Assembly (NCBI GenBank): GCA_041736305.1
Contig: JBGSTX010000118.1
Span: forward strand, 1 to 50,938
DNA length: 50,938 bases
Origin: Oligoflexus sp.
GTDB taxonomy: Bacteria; Bdellovibrionota_B; Oligoflexia; Oligoflexales; Oligoflexaceae
Direction: 5' to 3'
The notes beneath the pieces were generated by a model, which worked only from the letters and a program-made list of their open reading frames with translations, did no database searches and was not told the origin of the DNA. How positions within the stretch are numbered: position 1 is the first letter of the stretch; each line of letters begins with the position of its first letter. Made by a program: the position numbers and the translations under genes. This document shows positions 19,285 through 29,013 of the stretch, piece by piece.

Positions 19285-20370
19285 CTATTTTTTGGGGTTT
19301 TTCAAGTCACTCGGACTGAGATAAAAGCCACCTAGAGGAGAATCCTGCGTTGGGTCCATCCCTGCAACAATAAAATTGCAGCGGAGACCTTGTTTTTCTT
19401 TTAGCCATCCGGCTACCAAAAGGGAAGATCCGCGTTGGAAGCAAAGTTCATGCAGCTTGTGGGTCGACTCATCCGGTGAAACGATCTCTCGGATCAGGAT
19501 GCCGGTACCCTCCTTTGCTAGAAGACCGCCTACGTAGGCGATCGATTGGATTTTTAATTGATCGTTGATGAGCTTCACGATCTGTGGCTGGGTAAAGATC
19601 TCGTCTCGCGCATTGCGTAAGGCGCGCTGCTGAGGGTAAATGACAAAGTCCTCGCCGGCCAGGAGCTTCTGGGCGACGTCGTAAGCAAAGTAGGCTTGGA
19701 TGCGGTTGTTCTTCTGTAAAAAAGTGTCGGCTCGCGTCTTCCACGCTTCCCAGTCTTCGCCAAGCTCGGTCCACTGCTGAATGCGGAAGCCGACTATTTT
19801 CATTTTTCCGTGCTGGGGAGCGACGGCCAACACTAACCGCCCAAGTTCGTTTTGCCCCATTATCTGCAACCAGATTGCAAACTGAGTTTCGTGCCCATAC
19901 TGGGTGATGATGGTTGCGCTCTGGCTTTCCGGGCAGTCCCTCACAAGGCCTTTGCTACCTTCCTTGGACTTTAGGCGCCAAATGCGAAAGACTGAAAACT
20001 GCCAGGGGCGGTCGTAGCGATTCTTCAGAAGCAGTTCAATTTTTTCGCCGACCTTGCTGCCGACTCGAGTGCCAGGGTGAAAAAAATTTGCAAGCTGATC
20101 GTAGTCTTTGCTTCGCAGGGTGCTCAGCAAGTCGGCGAGGAAGGTATGGAGCGTAGCTTCCTGCTGAAGAAGTTGAACATCAGGTCCGCGGGATAGGAGT
20201 TCGCAGCTTATGGATGGAGGCGAGCTTACTGTACTTTCGCCTTGGGCAAAGGCTTTCGTAGAAGGGAGGCAGAGAAAGAGGAATGCGCTAGCGGACTTAA
20301 AGGAAGCGCGCTTAAAGCTATTTCGCCGCGCAGCTCCCACACCCAGAAGTTTTAGCAGAGAGGTCGACAA
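19285..20370 (-). CDS. Hypothetical exported protein
   Basis: 361-aa ORF with a signal-peptide-like KAFA|Q, co-oriented in the operon. Start uncertain. Confidence 0.6.
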   Translation of the reverse strand: MSTSLLKLLGVGAARRNSFKRASFKSASAFLFLCLPSTKAFAQGESTVSSPPSISCELLSRGPDVQLLQQEATLHTFLADLLSTLRSKDYDQLANFFHPGTRVGSKVGEKIELLLKNRYDRPWQFSVFRIWRLKSKEGSKGLVRDCPESQSATIITQYGHETQFAIWLQIMGQNELGRLVLAVAPQHGKMKIVGFRIQQWTELGEDWEAWKTRADTFLQKNNRIQAYFAYDVAQKLLAGEDFVIYPQQRALRNARDEIFTQPQIVKLINDQLKIQSIAYVGGLLAKEGTGILIREIVSPDESTHKLHELCFQRGSSLLVAGWLKEKQGLRCNFIVAGMDPTQDSPLGGFYLSPSDLKNPKK

Positions 20371-20593
20371 GGTCCCAGCTCCCGAATTCTTCGTTGATTA
20401 GGTTAAGCGCTTCGTCTAAATAATCGCATTCAACGGTGAATAATTCTTTCATGATCTTAGTTTCCAGACAATAGGCATTGTAGCTAAACAGCTCGGTGTC
20501 AGGATTAAAGATCAGACTCACCCCGGCTTGTCTATCGTTGAATTGAAAGACCGATTGCATAAAGTTATCGAAAGTGAGTTGTGAAGTGGCCAC
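20318..20593 (-). CDS. Small acidic hypothetical protein with C-terminal CxxC
   Basis: 91 aa, GGAGG RBS before the GTG start, overlaps the purN end, ends SGCGSCAAK. Confidence 0.65.
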   Translation of the reverse strand: MATSQLTFDNFMQSVFQFNDRQAGVSLIFNPDTELFSYNAYCLETKIMKELFTVECDYLDEALNLINEEFGSWDLVDLSAKTSGCGSCAAK

Positions 20594-21227
20594 TAGTTAA
20601 TTCCTCCATTTGTAAGATTCCCCCTTCGGGGAGAGGCAGCTGCCCGCTGCTCAGTCCATCGAGCACCTTTGGATAGAGAACGCACTCTGCTTCGAACACG
20701 CGTGCAGCGACCGACTCGGCTTCGGCAAGGTCTTTGAGATCGACTTTGATTTGGGCAATAATAGTGCCTTCGTCGTACTCACTTGTTACAAAGTGAACAG
20801 TTGCACCCGAGAAAACCTCGCCTGCGGCAAGAACGGCGCGATGAACGTGCATCCCATACATACCTTTACCTCCGTACTTTGGAAGCAGAGCGGGATGAAT
20901 GTTCACAGTACTTCTAGCATAGGATGCCAGAATGGGGAAAGGCTTCAAAAAGCCAGCCAAAGCAACTGTGTCGATTTTTTTGGCTTGCAGCCAGTTATCT
21001 AGCTCATGCGCAAGCGTTAGGGATGCTTCTTTACCAAAAGAACTTTGAAAGATGGGCAGCTGCCTCTTGCGAGCAAAATCCTCAGCTGGACTATGCGGCT
21101 TTGAGCTGATGAGCGCTTCGACTCGATAGTTAAATCGACTCTCTTGCAGGACGAGATTTTGCAGACTGCGGCCCGTTCCAGAGGCGGCAACCGCAACGCG
21201 CAGAGGCCGATGTGATTCGCTCAGCAT
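20565..21227 (-). CDS. purN: Phosphoribosylglycinamide formyltransferase
   Basis: ASGTGRSLQ, LAGFLK, VNIHPALLPKYGGKGMYG, GATVHFV, YDEG. Confidence 0.92.
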   Translation of the reverse strand: MLSESHRPLRVAVAASGTGRSLQNLVLQESRFNYRVEALISSKPHSPAEDFARKRQLPIFQSSFGKEASLTLAHELDNWLQAKKIDTVALAGFLKPFPILASYARSTVNIHPALLPKYGGKGMYGMHVHRAVLAAGEVFSGATVHFVTSEYDEGTIIAQIKVDLKDLAEAESVAARVFEAECVLYPKVLDGLSSGQLPLPEGGILQMEELTSGHFTTHFR

Positions 21228-21236
21228 AGCAATTCC

Positions 21237-22196
21237 TTAGAGGCTGGGCTCGAAGCGTCCCTCGCCTTGCAGGCGGGCCCCGTTCCAAAACGCCATGGCA
21301 TCTAGCGATTTTGAGCCCGCGGGCTTGAGCCTGTAAATAAGTATATTATCGCTGTCACCGCAGGCAACTCGCAGCGCCTTGAGGGTTTTGTCGTAGATAA
21401 AACGGCCCGGTGCCAAGCTCACGTTTCCGGATCCTGCAAGGCGCATATCTTCGATGAGGATCCGCTGCTCCCGAAAAGCTGTAAAGGATCCAGGCCAGGG
21501 TTTAAAAGCCCGAAATTCATTTATAAGTCGGTGCCCGATTTTGGTCCAGAGAACGGCACCATCGGTCTTCAGTATCTTCTTGCAGTGGGTAACCTCAGCA
21601 GTATTTTGCTCTCTACCCTTGAACTCAGGATCCTCAAGTTTCTCGAGAGCCTCCAGCAGGAGCGGGCCTCCGGCATTGAAGAGTCGCGGCGTCAGTTCTT
21701 CAGACGTTTCCATAGGGTCGATGGGAAAAGCTTTTTGAACAATGATCGCACCTGCATCCAAAGCCTTCACTGTAAACAGTATCGTTAGCCCAGTCTCGCT
21801 GCAGCCATCGAGGAGCGCAGCTGGTACAGGCGTAGCACCGCGATAGGCAGGCAGGAGCGAAGGGTGGACGTTAATAGTCGCCCGGCGAGGGATCTGTAAG
21901 AATTTCTCACTCAAAATCTGACCGTAGGCTGCTGTAATAATCACATCTGGCGCGAGCGATTCCAGAGTCGCGAGAAAGTCTGCGCTACTTGCCTTCTCCG
22001 GCTGCCAGAGCGGCAAGTTGTTCTCTTTAGCAAAAGTTGCGACTGGTGGATCGGTAAGAAGCTGCTTTCTACCAGCTGGACGCGCAGGTTGGCTCACAAC
22101 CCCAATAAGTTGATGCTTGCCAGCCTGGCAATGGGATAATAACTGCTCAAGAAGGCTAGTCACTTCAAGAGGGGATCCCATAAAGAGAAGGCGCAT
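21237..22196 (-). CDS. fmt: Methionyl-tRNA formyltransferase
   Basis: FMGSP, SQPARPAGR, AAYGQIL, INVHPSLLPAYRGATP, LDAGAI, PWPG. Confidence 0.95.
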   Translation of the reverse strand: MRLLFMGSPLEVTSLLEQLLSHCQAGKHQLIGVVSQPARPAGRKQLLTDPPVATFAKENNLPLWQPEKASSADFLATLESLAPDVIITAAYGQILSEKFLQIPRRATINVHPSLLPAYRGATPVPAALLDGCSETGLTILFTVKALDAGAIIVQKAFPIDPMETSEELTPRLFNAGGPLLLEALEKLEDPEFKGREQNTAEVTHCKKILKTDGAVLWTKIGHRLINEFRAFKPWPGSFTAFREQRILIEDMRLAGSGNVSLAPGRFIYDKTLKALRVACGDSDNILIYRLKPAGSKSLDAMAFWNGARLQGEGRFEPSL

Positions 22197-22313
22197 AGTA
22201 GTCCCTTCGAACTAAGTCAAAATGCAAGAATGCAGGCGAGCCCGGTTGAAGCAGCAAACTATGCCACGTAGTGAAGCTGCGAGCAAGAAAGCGCAGCTGG
22301 ATAGTCCTTTTTC

Positions 22314-23081
22314 TTATTGGACGCCAGGCGGGAGACCCTTGCAGTCTTCGAATTCTTTCCGCAGCGAGAAGTTGACTTCTTTTAGAAGTTCATACTCTTT
22401 GCCAGAGCGGATACGACCGTAATATTCGGAGAGCTCGACAGAGCGATCGGGATTCATGAGGGCTAGAATCTGCGTCGTCTGCTTCTGGGGAATACTGTTA
22501 AAAAGCGAAACGACAAGGTCGCGATCTAATTTTTCAAAAACTGGCGCGGCCTTTTTCGGCTCCATCTTCTGATAAAATTCGACTAACTTATTCAGGCGCT
22601 CACCCTGGGTTTGCTTTTCTTTCTGCAAAGTTTGCTGGAAATACTGCAACTCCTCCTCAAGCTTTTTGAGCTTTTCATTGACAGAAGACTCGAGATTTTT
22701 GAGCTGCTCCTCGCGCGATCTTAGGACTCCGAGCCGGTTTTCTACCTGGCTCTGCTTTCTTTCGATGAGAGTCATATAGCGGCCAATTTCATCTTTTTTG
22801 AGATCATCGCTGCTGATCTTAGGGAGATTGAGAAGATCGTCCAGAAAGCTCCGACGCTTCTTTTCACCTGGCTCTTCGCTAAGCTCTGGAGTCGACGCGC
22901 TCACCGGTGGGATTTCTTCTGGGGGGGTCTTTGCAGCACCCGCTTGATCGACTCCCATCGCCAGTTTCTCACCAACTTGCAGGTTGATCTTATCACCCAA
23001 AAAAATGTAGCCCAGGACCAAGATCTTGGCGATCAGGATGGCTGGAATGCTAAAGCGAGTAAGAAGCTGAGAAATCGTCAT
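22314..23081 (-). CDS. MotE/FlbB/YlxF-like flagellar protein (MgtE N-terminal-like domain)
   Basis: N-terminal TM, coiled coil, then LVEFYQKMEPKKAAPVFEKL...ILALMNPDRS; follows fliJ. Confidence 0.75.
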   Translation of the reverse strand: MTISQLLTRFSIPAILIAKILVLGYIFLGDKINLQVGEKLAMGVDQAGAAKTPPEEIPPVSASTPELSEEPGEKKRRSFLDDLLNLPKISSDDLKKDEIGRYMTLIERKQSQVENRLGVLRSREEQLKNLESSVNEKLKKLEEELQYFQQTLQKEKQTQGERLNKLVEFYQKMEPKKAAPVFEKLDRDLVVSLFNSIPQKQTTQILALMNPDRSVELSEYYGRIRSGKEYELLKEVNFSLRKEFEDCKGLPPGVQ

Positions 23082-23091
23082 GCTGTCCTCG

Positions 23092-23547
23092 TCATTCAGC
23101 GCCCTTGCGCCTCGCGTTTATTATCGCGAATTCGTCGAGCTGTTTCTGTTCGGCTTTTTTGAGATGCTGAAGATCTTGTTTTTCATAGCGCTCATCGAGC
23201 TTTTCGAGCATGCGCAGCCGTTTTTGAGCTTCGAAAACCTGCTGCATCTGCATCTTCTCGTGATACTCGATTTCACGCAGGGATTTCAGTTTTTGGTACC
23301 ACTGGCTTTTCGCTAGGTCTACCGATCGCTCGAGGGCTTCCAGCATCTTGCGTTCCGGTGACTGACGTTCCTTGTTGAGCTGATCGATGCTGCTCATGTA
23401 CTTGCTTTGCCAGACCTGGAGCTCGCCGATCGCCGCTTGCCGCCTGAGCTGTAGCTGCGAAAGAACAGCCGATTCCTGATCATACTGGATCTGCCTGATT
23501 TTAATCAGGGGTCCGATCTTCTGCTGCTTTTTGCCGGGACTGCTCAC
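23092..23547 (-). CDS. fliJ: Flagellar export protein FliJ
   Basis: 151-aa coiled coil ending LEKLDER...EQKQLDEFA, directly after fliI. Confidence 0.85.
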   Translation of the reverse strand: MSSPGKKQQKIGPLIKIRQIQYDQESAVLSQLQLRRQAAIGELQVWQSKYMSSIDQLNKERQSPERKMLEALERSVDLAKSQWYQKLKSLREIEYHEKMQMQQVFEAQKRLRMLEKLDERYEKQDLQHLKKAEQKQLDEFAIINARRKGAE

Positions 23548-23562
23548 TATCTATATTCCCCT

Positions 23563-24933
23563 TCAGCTTCGCGGCTTCGCTTGCACGTGGGCTTGACCTG
23601 AGAGGACCCGACGAAGGCCGGTCAAGGCATCATCCATATTGGTAGATTCGTGGATGCCTTGCTTCAGGTAAGCCTCCATCAGAGGCATGAGGCGGATAGC
23701 CTCATCGAGACGCGGGTTAGTCCCTGGCTGATAGGCGCCGATTTGAATTAGATCCTGGCTGCTGTTAAAGGTACCTAGCAACTCTCTAAAGTAGTTAGAC
23801 TGCTGCCAGTGAGCCTTGGGGACAATGTCAGACATTACCCGGCTGGCACTGGCTGTGATGTCGATAGCGGGAAAGTGACCTTTCATCGCCAGTTCACGCG
23901 TAAGGACAATGTGCCCATCGAGAATTGAACGGGTCGCATCGGCGATGGGATCATTGAAGTCATCCCCATCGACCAAGACAGTGTAGAGCCCGCTGATGCT
24001 GCCGTAGCCTTTCTTCTGTGGACCGGCCCGTTCGAGCAGCTTGGGTAAGAGGGCGAACACGGAAGGCGTGTAACCTTTGGTTGTTGGCGGCTCGCCAACT
24101 GCGTTACCGATCTCTCGCTGAGCCATCGCCACACGAGTAAGGCTGTCGACCATGAGCATGACGTTTTTATTCCGAGCTGAGAAGTACTCAGCGATGCTCG
24201 TCGCGAGCTTGGCCCCTCTGATGCGCATCAGGGGCGATTGATCACCGGTTACTACTACGACAACCGAACGTTTAAGACCTTCAGGCCCCAGATCTCGTTC
24301 GATAAATTCCCGGACTTCACGGCCGCGTTCACCGATGAGGGCGATTACGTTTACATCGGCGTCGCTCTTCTTGGCTATCATGCCCATCAAGACACTCTTA
24401 CCTACGCCTGATCCCGCCATGATGCCTATGCGCTGACCTAGGCCGAAAGTTAGCAGACCATCCATGGCACGCACACCAAGAGACATCGTGCCATCGATGC
24501 GTTCCCGCTCAATCGGATTAGGTGCTGCCTTATCTATATCGCAGAGCATAGTATGACTGCCCGAAGGCAGCGGGCCTTGATCCAGGCGTTGCATAAAAGG
24601 ATCGATAATATGACCTAGAAGATGCTCACCGATTTCGACTTGAGTAAAGGTCCGGCGAGCCTGCACAGTTGAACCAGGCGACACACCCTGCAAGTGAGAG
24701 TAGGGAAGGAGAAGGACACGCTCCTTGCGAAAACCTACCACTTCGGCGACGATACTATCGCGTCTATCGGGAGCCACAATGGTCACAATGCTGCCGACAT
24801 GACTTCCAGGTAAAGTCGCTTCGATCAGCGTTCCCACAACGTCGGTAACGCGTCCCTTATAATCCCAGGCAATACTATCAAAATCTGAGCGAAGACGCGC
24901 GCCGTTAAACTTGCGAAGGAGGGGGGTGTCCAT
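23563..24933 (-). CDS. fliI: Flagellar export ATPase FliI
   Basis: GIMAGSGVGKS, ALIGERGREVREF, VDSLTRVAMAQREIG, LDGHIVL. Confidence 0.96.
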   Translation of the reverse strand: MDTPLLRKFNGARLRSDFDSIAWDYKGRVTDVVGTLIEATLPGSHVGSIVTIVAPDRRDSIVAEVVGFRKERVLLLPYSHLQGVSPGSTVQARRTFTQVEIGEHLLGHIIDPFMQRLDQGPLPSGSHTMLCDIDKAAPNPIERERIDGTMSLGVRAMDGLLTFGLGQRIGIMAGSGVGKSVLMGMIAKKSDADVNVIALIGERGREVREFIERDLGPEGLKRSVVVVVTGDQSPLMRIRGAKLATSIAEYFSARNKNVMLMVDSLTRVAMAQREIGNAVGEPPTTKGYTPSVFALLPKLLERAGPQKKGYGSISGLYTVLVDGDDFNDPIADATRSILDGHIVLTRELAMKGHFPAIDITASASRVMSDIVPKAHWQQSNYFRELLGTFNSSQDLIQIGAYQPGTNPRLDEAIRLMPLMEAYLKQGIHESTNMDDALTGLRRVLSGQAHVQAKPRS

Positions 24934-26120
24934 TAGCTAGCCCGCTCCATGCTTGCTGGTGCTTCGAAGAGATTGAGATCGGTCCGTTCGAGTAGCCCTT
25001 TGATGATATCGGATAGCTTGGCTTCGACTACTGCGTGTTTGCCATCAACTCGGAATGCGAAGTCACTAAGGCTCTCATCAATTCGCAGGTTCTCACGTAG
25101 AGACTGATTCGACCATTGGGCTAGACTTTTGAAAGCTTTGGCACTCACGTGGATGCGATACTCGTCCGCCGGTAAGGCTTCTGCCACAGCTCGTTCAATA
25201 ATCTTGCCCAAAATTTCCGGATCGATATTGATTTCTCGCTGCAAGAGACCCTCGATAAGGCTTTGGCAGATCATTGCAAAATTGTCCTGGACGCTAGTGA
25301 GGATGCTGGCCTGCATCCCGTGGAGATTTTCTAAGACCATTCCGAGCTGCTCGACTATCTCGACGATTTTTTGCTGAGCAGCTAAGGTGCCCTTCTCTTC
25401 CCCCAGTTGAAATCCATGTTGGTAGCCACTGGCCTCGGCTGTTTTACGGATTTCTTCGAGTTCTGCCTCATCAATTTCCGGGGCCTTGGGCGGAGGAGCT
25501 AGCTGATGCTGAGGGGCCATTGGGATAAAGCTTTCCTGGTGCATAGGTTCATGCGCAGGTGCTTTGAAAATTTCAGTGTCGAGACTGCGGGCAGGGCTGG
25601 CTGCAGCCGGGTTGCTGCGAGTCGCTGCTACCTTAGGTAAAGGGGCCGCTTCTTGGAGCAGACGCCTAGGTGCCGAATGAAATTCAGGCAAGAAATAGAA
25701 AAATGGGTCATATGATTTGATTTCGTCAGCGATCTCACTGTATTTTGCAGCGAGAAGGTCTATAACTGATTCTCGCGACTGCCCATCATCGAGTTCTTCC
25801 TCGTCGTCGAGTCGATGATTTCGGCTCGCCATGCGTTTTTTCTGACGACGCCACTCGTCCGTAAAGTCTAGTGGGCGAATGACTGGTCGGCTTTCATGAG
25901 GAAAAGTTGAATCGATCTCATAGGAGTCCCTAACGCCCTCAGCGAGATCGTCTTCAGAATGCAGGCGCTGATGAATGACATTGGCGGCAGCGTTGTCGTG
26001 ATAGGTAAATGGCTTCTCACAGATGTCCATCAGATTAAAGTCCGTAATGTTCAAGACTTTTCTCACGGGATCATCGTTCTTGATGAAGCGTCCTTGCTTC
26101 TTGTGCGACGTTTGACTCAT
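24933..26120 (-). CDS. fliH: FliH with long N-terminal extension
   Basis: AxxxG(xxxG)xxxA repeat AEASGYQHGFQLGEEKG and a FliH-like C-terminal domain; overlaps the fliI start. Confidence 0.8.
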   Translation of the reverse strand: MSQTSHKKQGRFIKNDDPVRKVLNITDFNLMDICEKPFTYHDNAAANVIHQRLHSEDDLAEGVRDSYEIDSTFPHESRPVIRPLDFTDEWRRQKKRMASRNHRLDDEEELDDGQSRESVIDLLAAKYSEIADEIKSYDPFFYFLPEFHSAPRRLLQEAAPLPKVAATRSNPAAASPARSLDTEIFKAPAHEPMHQESFIPMAPQHQLAPPPKAPEIDEAELEEIRKTAEASGYQHGFQLGEEKGTLAAQQKIVEIVEQLGMVLENLHGMQASILTSVQDNFAMICQSLIEGLLQREINIDPEILGKIIERAVAEALPADEYRIHVSAKAFKSLAQWSNQSLRENLRIDESLSDFAFRVDGKHAVVEAKLSDIIKGLLERTDLNLFEAPASMERAS

Positions 26121-26140
26121 CGACTGCCTGCCGCCTTAGC

Positions 26141-27760
26141 TTAATGTGGTGTCTGATGGGGATTCAGTAAGATCCGTAGAGCCTCTGTCGTCCTGCCTGG
26201 CTCGTGCTTCGCCAGGTAAAGGATCTGTTCCTGGGGCGTCAGCTTCTCAAAGGGGATGTCCTCTTTGATTTGAACATTTTGTATACTGCCCATCTCCAGG
26301 TCGGGCTTGAATTCTTCGACTATCTCTTCCTTCTGCTTCCGCTCAGGATCGTGCGACAGCCAGCGGAAATAAGGTCTAACGATGAAGGCAAAGAAGAAGA
26401 CGAGGGCCAAAGCGATCACACAAGACACCACCAGAGTCGAGATGTATCGGCGGTTCTCCTGCTTTTTCTCCTTGATGGCCTCGACCTGGGTCGGCGCGAG
26501 TTCGAACATCATGTTGTGCACTTTGACTTCGTCACGACTTTCCTTGAAGCCGATTGCCGATCGGACGAGATCCTCTATCTTTTTCATTTCTTCTTGGGTG
26601 CGGGCTGTAAATTCCGGCATCGAGCCGTCGGCGGGATAGACCTGAGACCCATCAACGATGACGGCAGCTGAGATCCGGCGGATCGATCCCACAGGAAGAA
26701 CCTTGTGTCGGTTGGTCTTCGATACCTCGTAGTTGACGCGCTCGCTGGCTCGCTTGCTCTTCGTTGAATTGGAGTTGACGGCTAATTCTTCCTGCTCGCC
26801 AGGTACATTGGATTTTGCACCCGGAATACCCGTGGGATTCATGCCGGCGCCGGCCATCTCTTGATTGGTCGTGTTGGACGAGAGAACGACCACCTTATCA
26901 GGGTCAATATCAGAGATATTCTGCTCTTCTTGAGTGAAATCAACGTCGACATCGACCTTGGCATCGACGCGCTCCTGACCCACTACACGACCGACCAGAG
27001 ACTTGATTTTAGAGCTGAGCTCAGCTTCGATAGTGCGGCGGTAGGTAAGCATTTCTTGAGTCATCTTGGTCGTCGGGTCGTCGGATTCAACTTTGGTCAG
27101 CATTTTGCCTTCCTGGTTGATGATCGTGACCTTATCAGGGTTGAGGCCTTCGACTGAGCGAGATACGAGATGGGTTATGGCTTTAACCTGACGCGTGTTC
27201 GGTTCTTTGCCCCGCGTGTGCTTGATGTAAATGGCCGCGGTGGGTTCCTGTGCATCTTCCTGAAAGAGAGATTTTTTGGGGGTTACGATGTGGACCCGGG
27301 CCGATGTGATGCCGTCCAGCGAACTTATTGTCCGAGCTAATTCGCCTTGTATGGCTCTTAGCTTGTTGATGTTTTGTTCAAACTCGGTTCGAGTAAAATC
27401 TTGATCATCGAATTTTTCCCAGCCGATCATACCGCGTGTGGGCATGCCCTCTTCAGCGAGTTTTAGACGTAGAGGTATCACCTGGTCGGCGGGCACCAAA
27501 ATGCCTTTGTCGTCCATACTAAAAGTCGTCAGACGCTGCTTTTTAAGCTCAGCGACGATCTCGTTGTTATCCTGCTCACTGAGATTCTGATAAAGGTAGT
27601 CCATGTCAGTCGAATCTTTTATGAAAAGAAGCGAAAGCAAGCCACCTAGTACGACTGTAATGGCACCAAGAAAGGCAAGTCTTTTGACGGGACTCAAGCC
27701 CCCCCAAAATCCACCTACTCCTTCGCTGAATTTTCTGAAAAATTCATTTATCTTTTCCAA
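26141..27760 (-). CDS. fliF: Flagellar MS-ring protein FliF
   Basis: Two TM helices, GWEKFD, RAIQGELARTI, SARVHIVTP, VNYEVSKT. Confidence 0.96.
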   Translation of the reverse strand: MEKINEFFRKFSEGVGGFWGGLSPVKRLAFLGAITVVLGGLLSLLFIKDSTDMDYLYQNLSEQDNNEIVAELKKQRLTTFSMDDKGILVPADQVIPLRLKLAEEGMPTRGMIGWEKFDDQDFTRTEFEQNINKLRAIQGELARTISSLDGITSARVHIVTPKKSLFQEDAQEPTAAIYIKHTRGKEPNTRQVKAITHLVSRSVEGLNPDKVTIINQEGKMLTKVESDDPTTKMTQEMLTYRRTIEAELSSKIKSLVGRVVGQERVDAKVDVDVDFTQEEQNISDIDPDKVVVLSSNTTNQEMAGAGMNPTGIPGAKSNVPGEQEELAVNSNSTKSKRASERVNYEVSKTNRHKVLPVGSIRRISAAVIVDGSQVYPADGSMPEFTARTQEEMKKIEDLVRSAIGFKESRDEVKVHNMMFELAPTQVEAIKEKKQENRRYISTLVVSCVIALALVFFFAFIVRPYFRWLSHDPERKQKEEIVEEFKPDLEMGSIQNVQIKEDIPFEKLTPQEQILYLAKHEPGRTTEALRILLNPHQTPH

Positions 27761-27778
27761 AGACTAACCTCACCTCAA

Positions 27779-28123
27779 TTAAACGGGCATGCGCATGACT
27801 TCTTGATAGGCTTCGAGAGCTTTATTGCGGACCTGAACCATAAGATTGAAGTTAAGTTCTGCTTTAGTGGCGGCCAGCATCGTGTCGTGGATGTTGGTCT
27901 CCTTACCCGTTGCGAGATCGGTAGCTTTCTTGTCGGCAAATATCTGTGCTTCGTTGACTTCGGTAACGGCTTCTTTGAGATGATCAATGAAGCTTGATTT
28001 GTTTCCTACCGCTTTATCTTCGCCCATGTTTTGGGGCTTGTTGCGAGACTGCATGTCGCGCAATTCACTCATTATTTCTGAGCCGAAGCGAAGTCCACCG
28101 CCTGCTATTTTACTCATGTTCAA
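27779..28123 (-). CDS. fliE: FliE
   Basis: IHDTMLAATKAELNFNLMVQVRNKALEAYQEVMRMPV. Confidence 0.96.
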   Translation of the reverse strand: MNMSKIAGGGLRFGSEIMSELRDMQSRNKPQNMGEDKAVGNKSSFIDHLKEAVTEVNEAQIFADKKATDLATGKETNIHDTMLAATKAELNFNLMVQVRNKALEAYQEVMRMPV

Positions 28124-28138
28124 GTCCCCTCAAGACCA

Positions 28139-28579
28139 TTACACGCGACCGACTTCGATCGCGGTGTTGGCCATTGACTTGGCCGCATTGAGCGCTGTCG
28201 TGTTTGCTTCGAAAGCGCGGGTCGCAGCTATCATGTTGACCATTTCTGTCATAACCTGGATGTTAGGCATCTCAACGAAGCCGTTCTTATCTGCATCCGG
28301 ATGAGATGGGTCATGTACCTTCCGTGGCGCGTTGGTATCTTTGTGGATATCGACCACCTGAACCTTTTTGAGCTGAGCACCCCAATCTTCGTCCAGCATG
28401 TCTTCAAAGGGTCCACCGTTAGGTGTCGCTGCAAAGACAACATCTTCGCGTTTATAGGGTCCACCTTCCGGAGTTCGGGTGGTATTGGCATTAGCCAGGT
28501 TTGACGAGAGGACGTTCATCCGAATGCGCTGTGCAGATAATCCTGCAGAACTGATATCCATAGCCTTAAAGAAGCTCAT
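28139..28579 (-). CDS. flgC: Basal-body rod protein FlgC
   Basis: SSAGLSAQRIRMNVLSSNLANANTT, DPSHPDAD, EMVNMIAATRAFEAN. Confidence 0.96.
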   Translation of the reverse strand: MSFFKAMDISSAGLSAQRIRMNVLSSNLANANTTRTPEGGPYKREDVVFAATPNGGPFEDMLDEDWGAQLKKVQVVDIHKDTNAPRKVHDPSHPDADKNGFVEMPNIQVMTEMVNMIAATRAFEANTTALNAAKSMANTAIEVGRV

Positions 28580-29013
28580 ACTTGACCTCCGTTACTGATG
28601 GCGTATTTCAAACAGCCCATTTTCTTGTTGATGAGTTCAACAGTCGCCTTGTAAAGAATCTGGTTTTGAGCCATCTGGGCCATTTCCTGGTCGACGTCGA
28701 CAGTGTTACCGTCTTGGCCAACACTTTCTGTTGGGCGAACATAGACCTCGGGTTGGAAGGTCCCATCAGCTTCTGTGTTCGCATTCAGAAAGTGACGAGG
28801 GTCGCTAGCCTTCATGGCCGGCGCTCCGTCCTCCTCTTCACCAGCTATCGCCTGCAGCTGAGCTTCGAAATCATAAGCCAAGGCACGATATCCGGGAGTC
28901 TCTGAATTGGCGATATTCGAGTTCAAGACATCCTGCCGATTCAGACGCATATCGAGCGCTGACATCTTAAGCTGATCGCCTTGGGTGAAAAGCCCGCCAA
29001 TCAAGTGACTCAT
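28576..29013 (-). CDS. flgB: Basal-body rod protein FlgB
   Basis: SNIANSETPGY, DGNTVDVDQEM. Confidence 0.96.
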   Translation of the reverse strand: MSHLIGGLFTQGDQLKMSALDMRLNRQDVLNSNIANSETPGYRALAYDFEAQLQAIAGEEEDGAPAMKASDPRHFLNANTEADGTFQPEVYVRPTESVGQDGNTVDVDQEMAQMAQNQILYKATVELINKKMGCLKYAISNGGQV

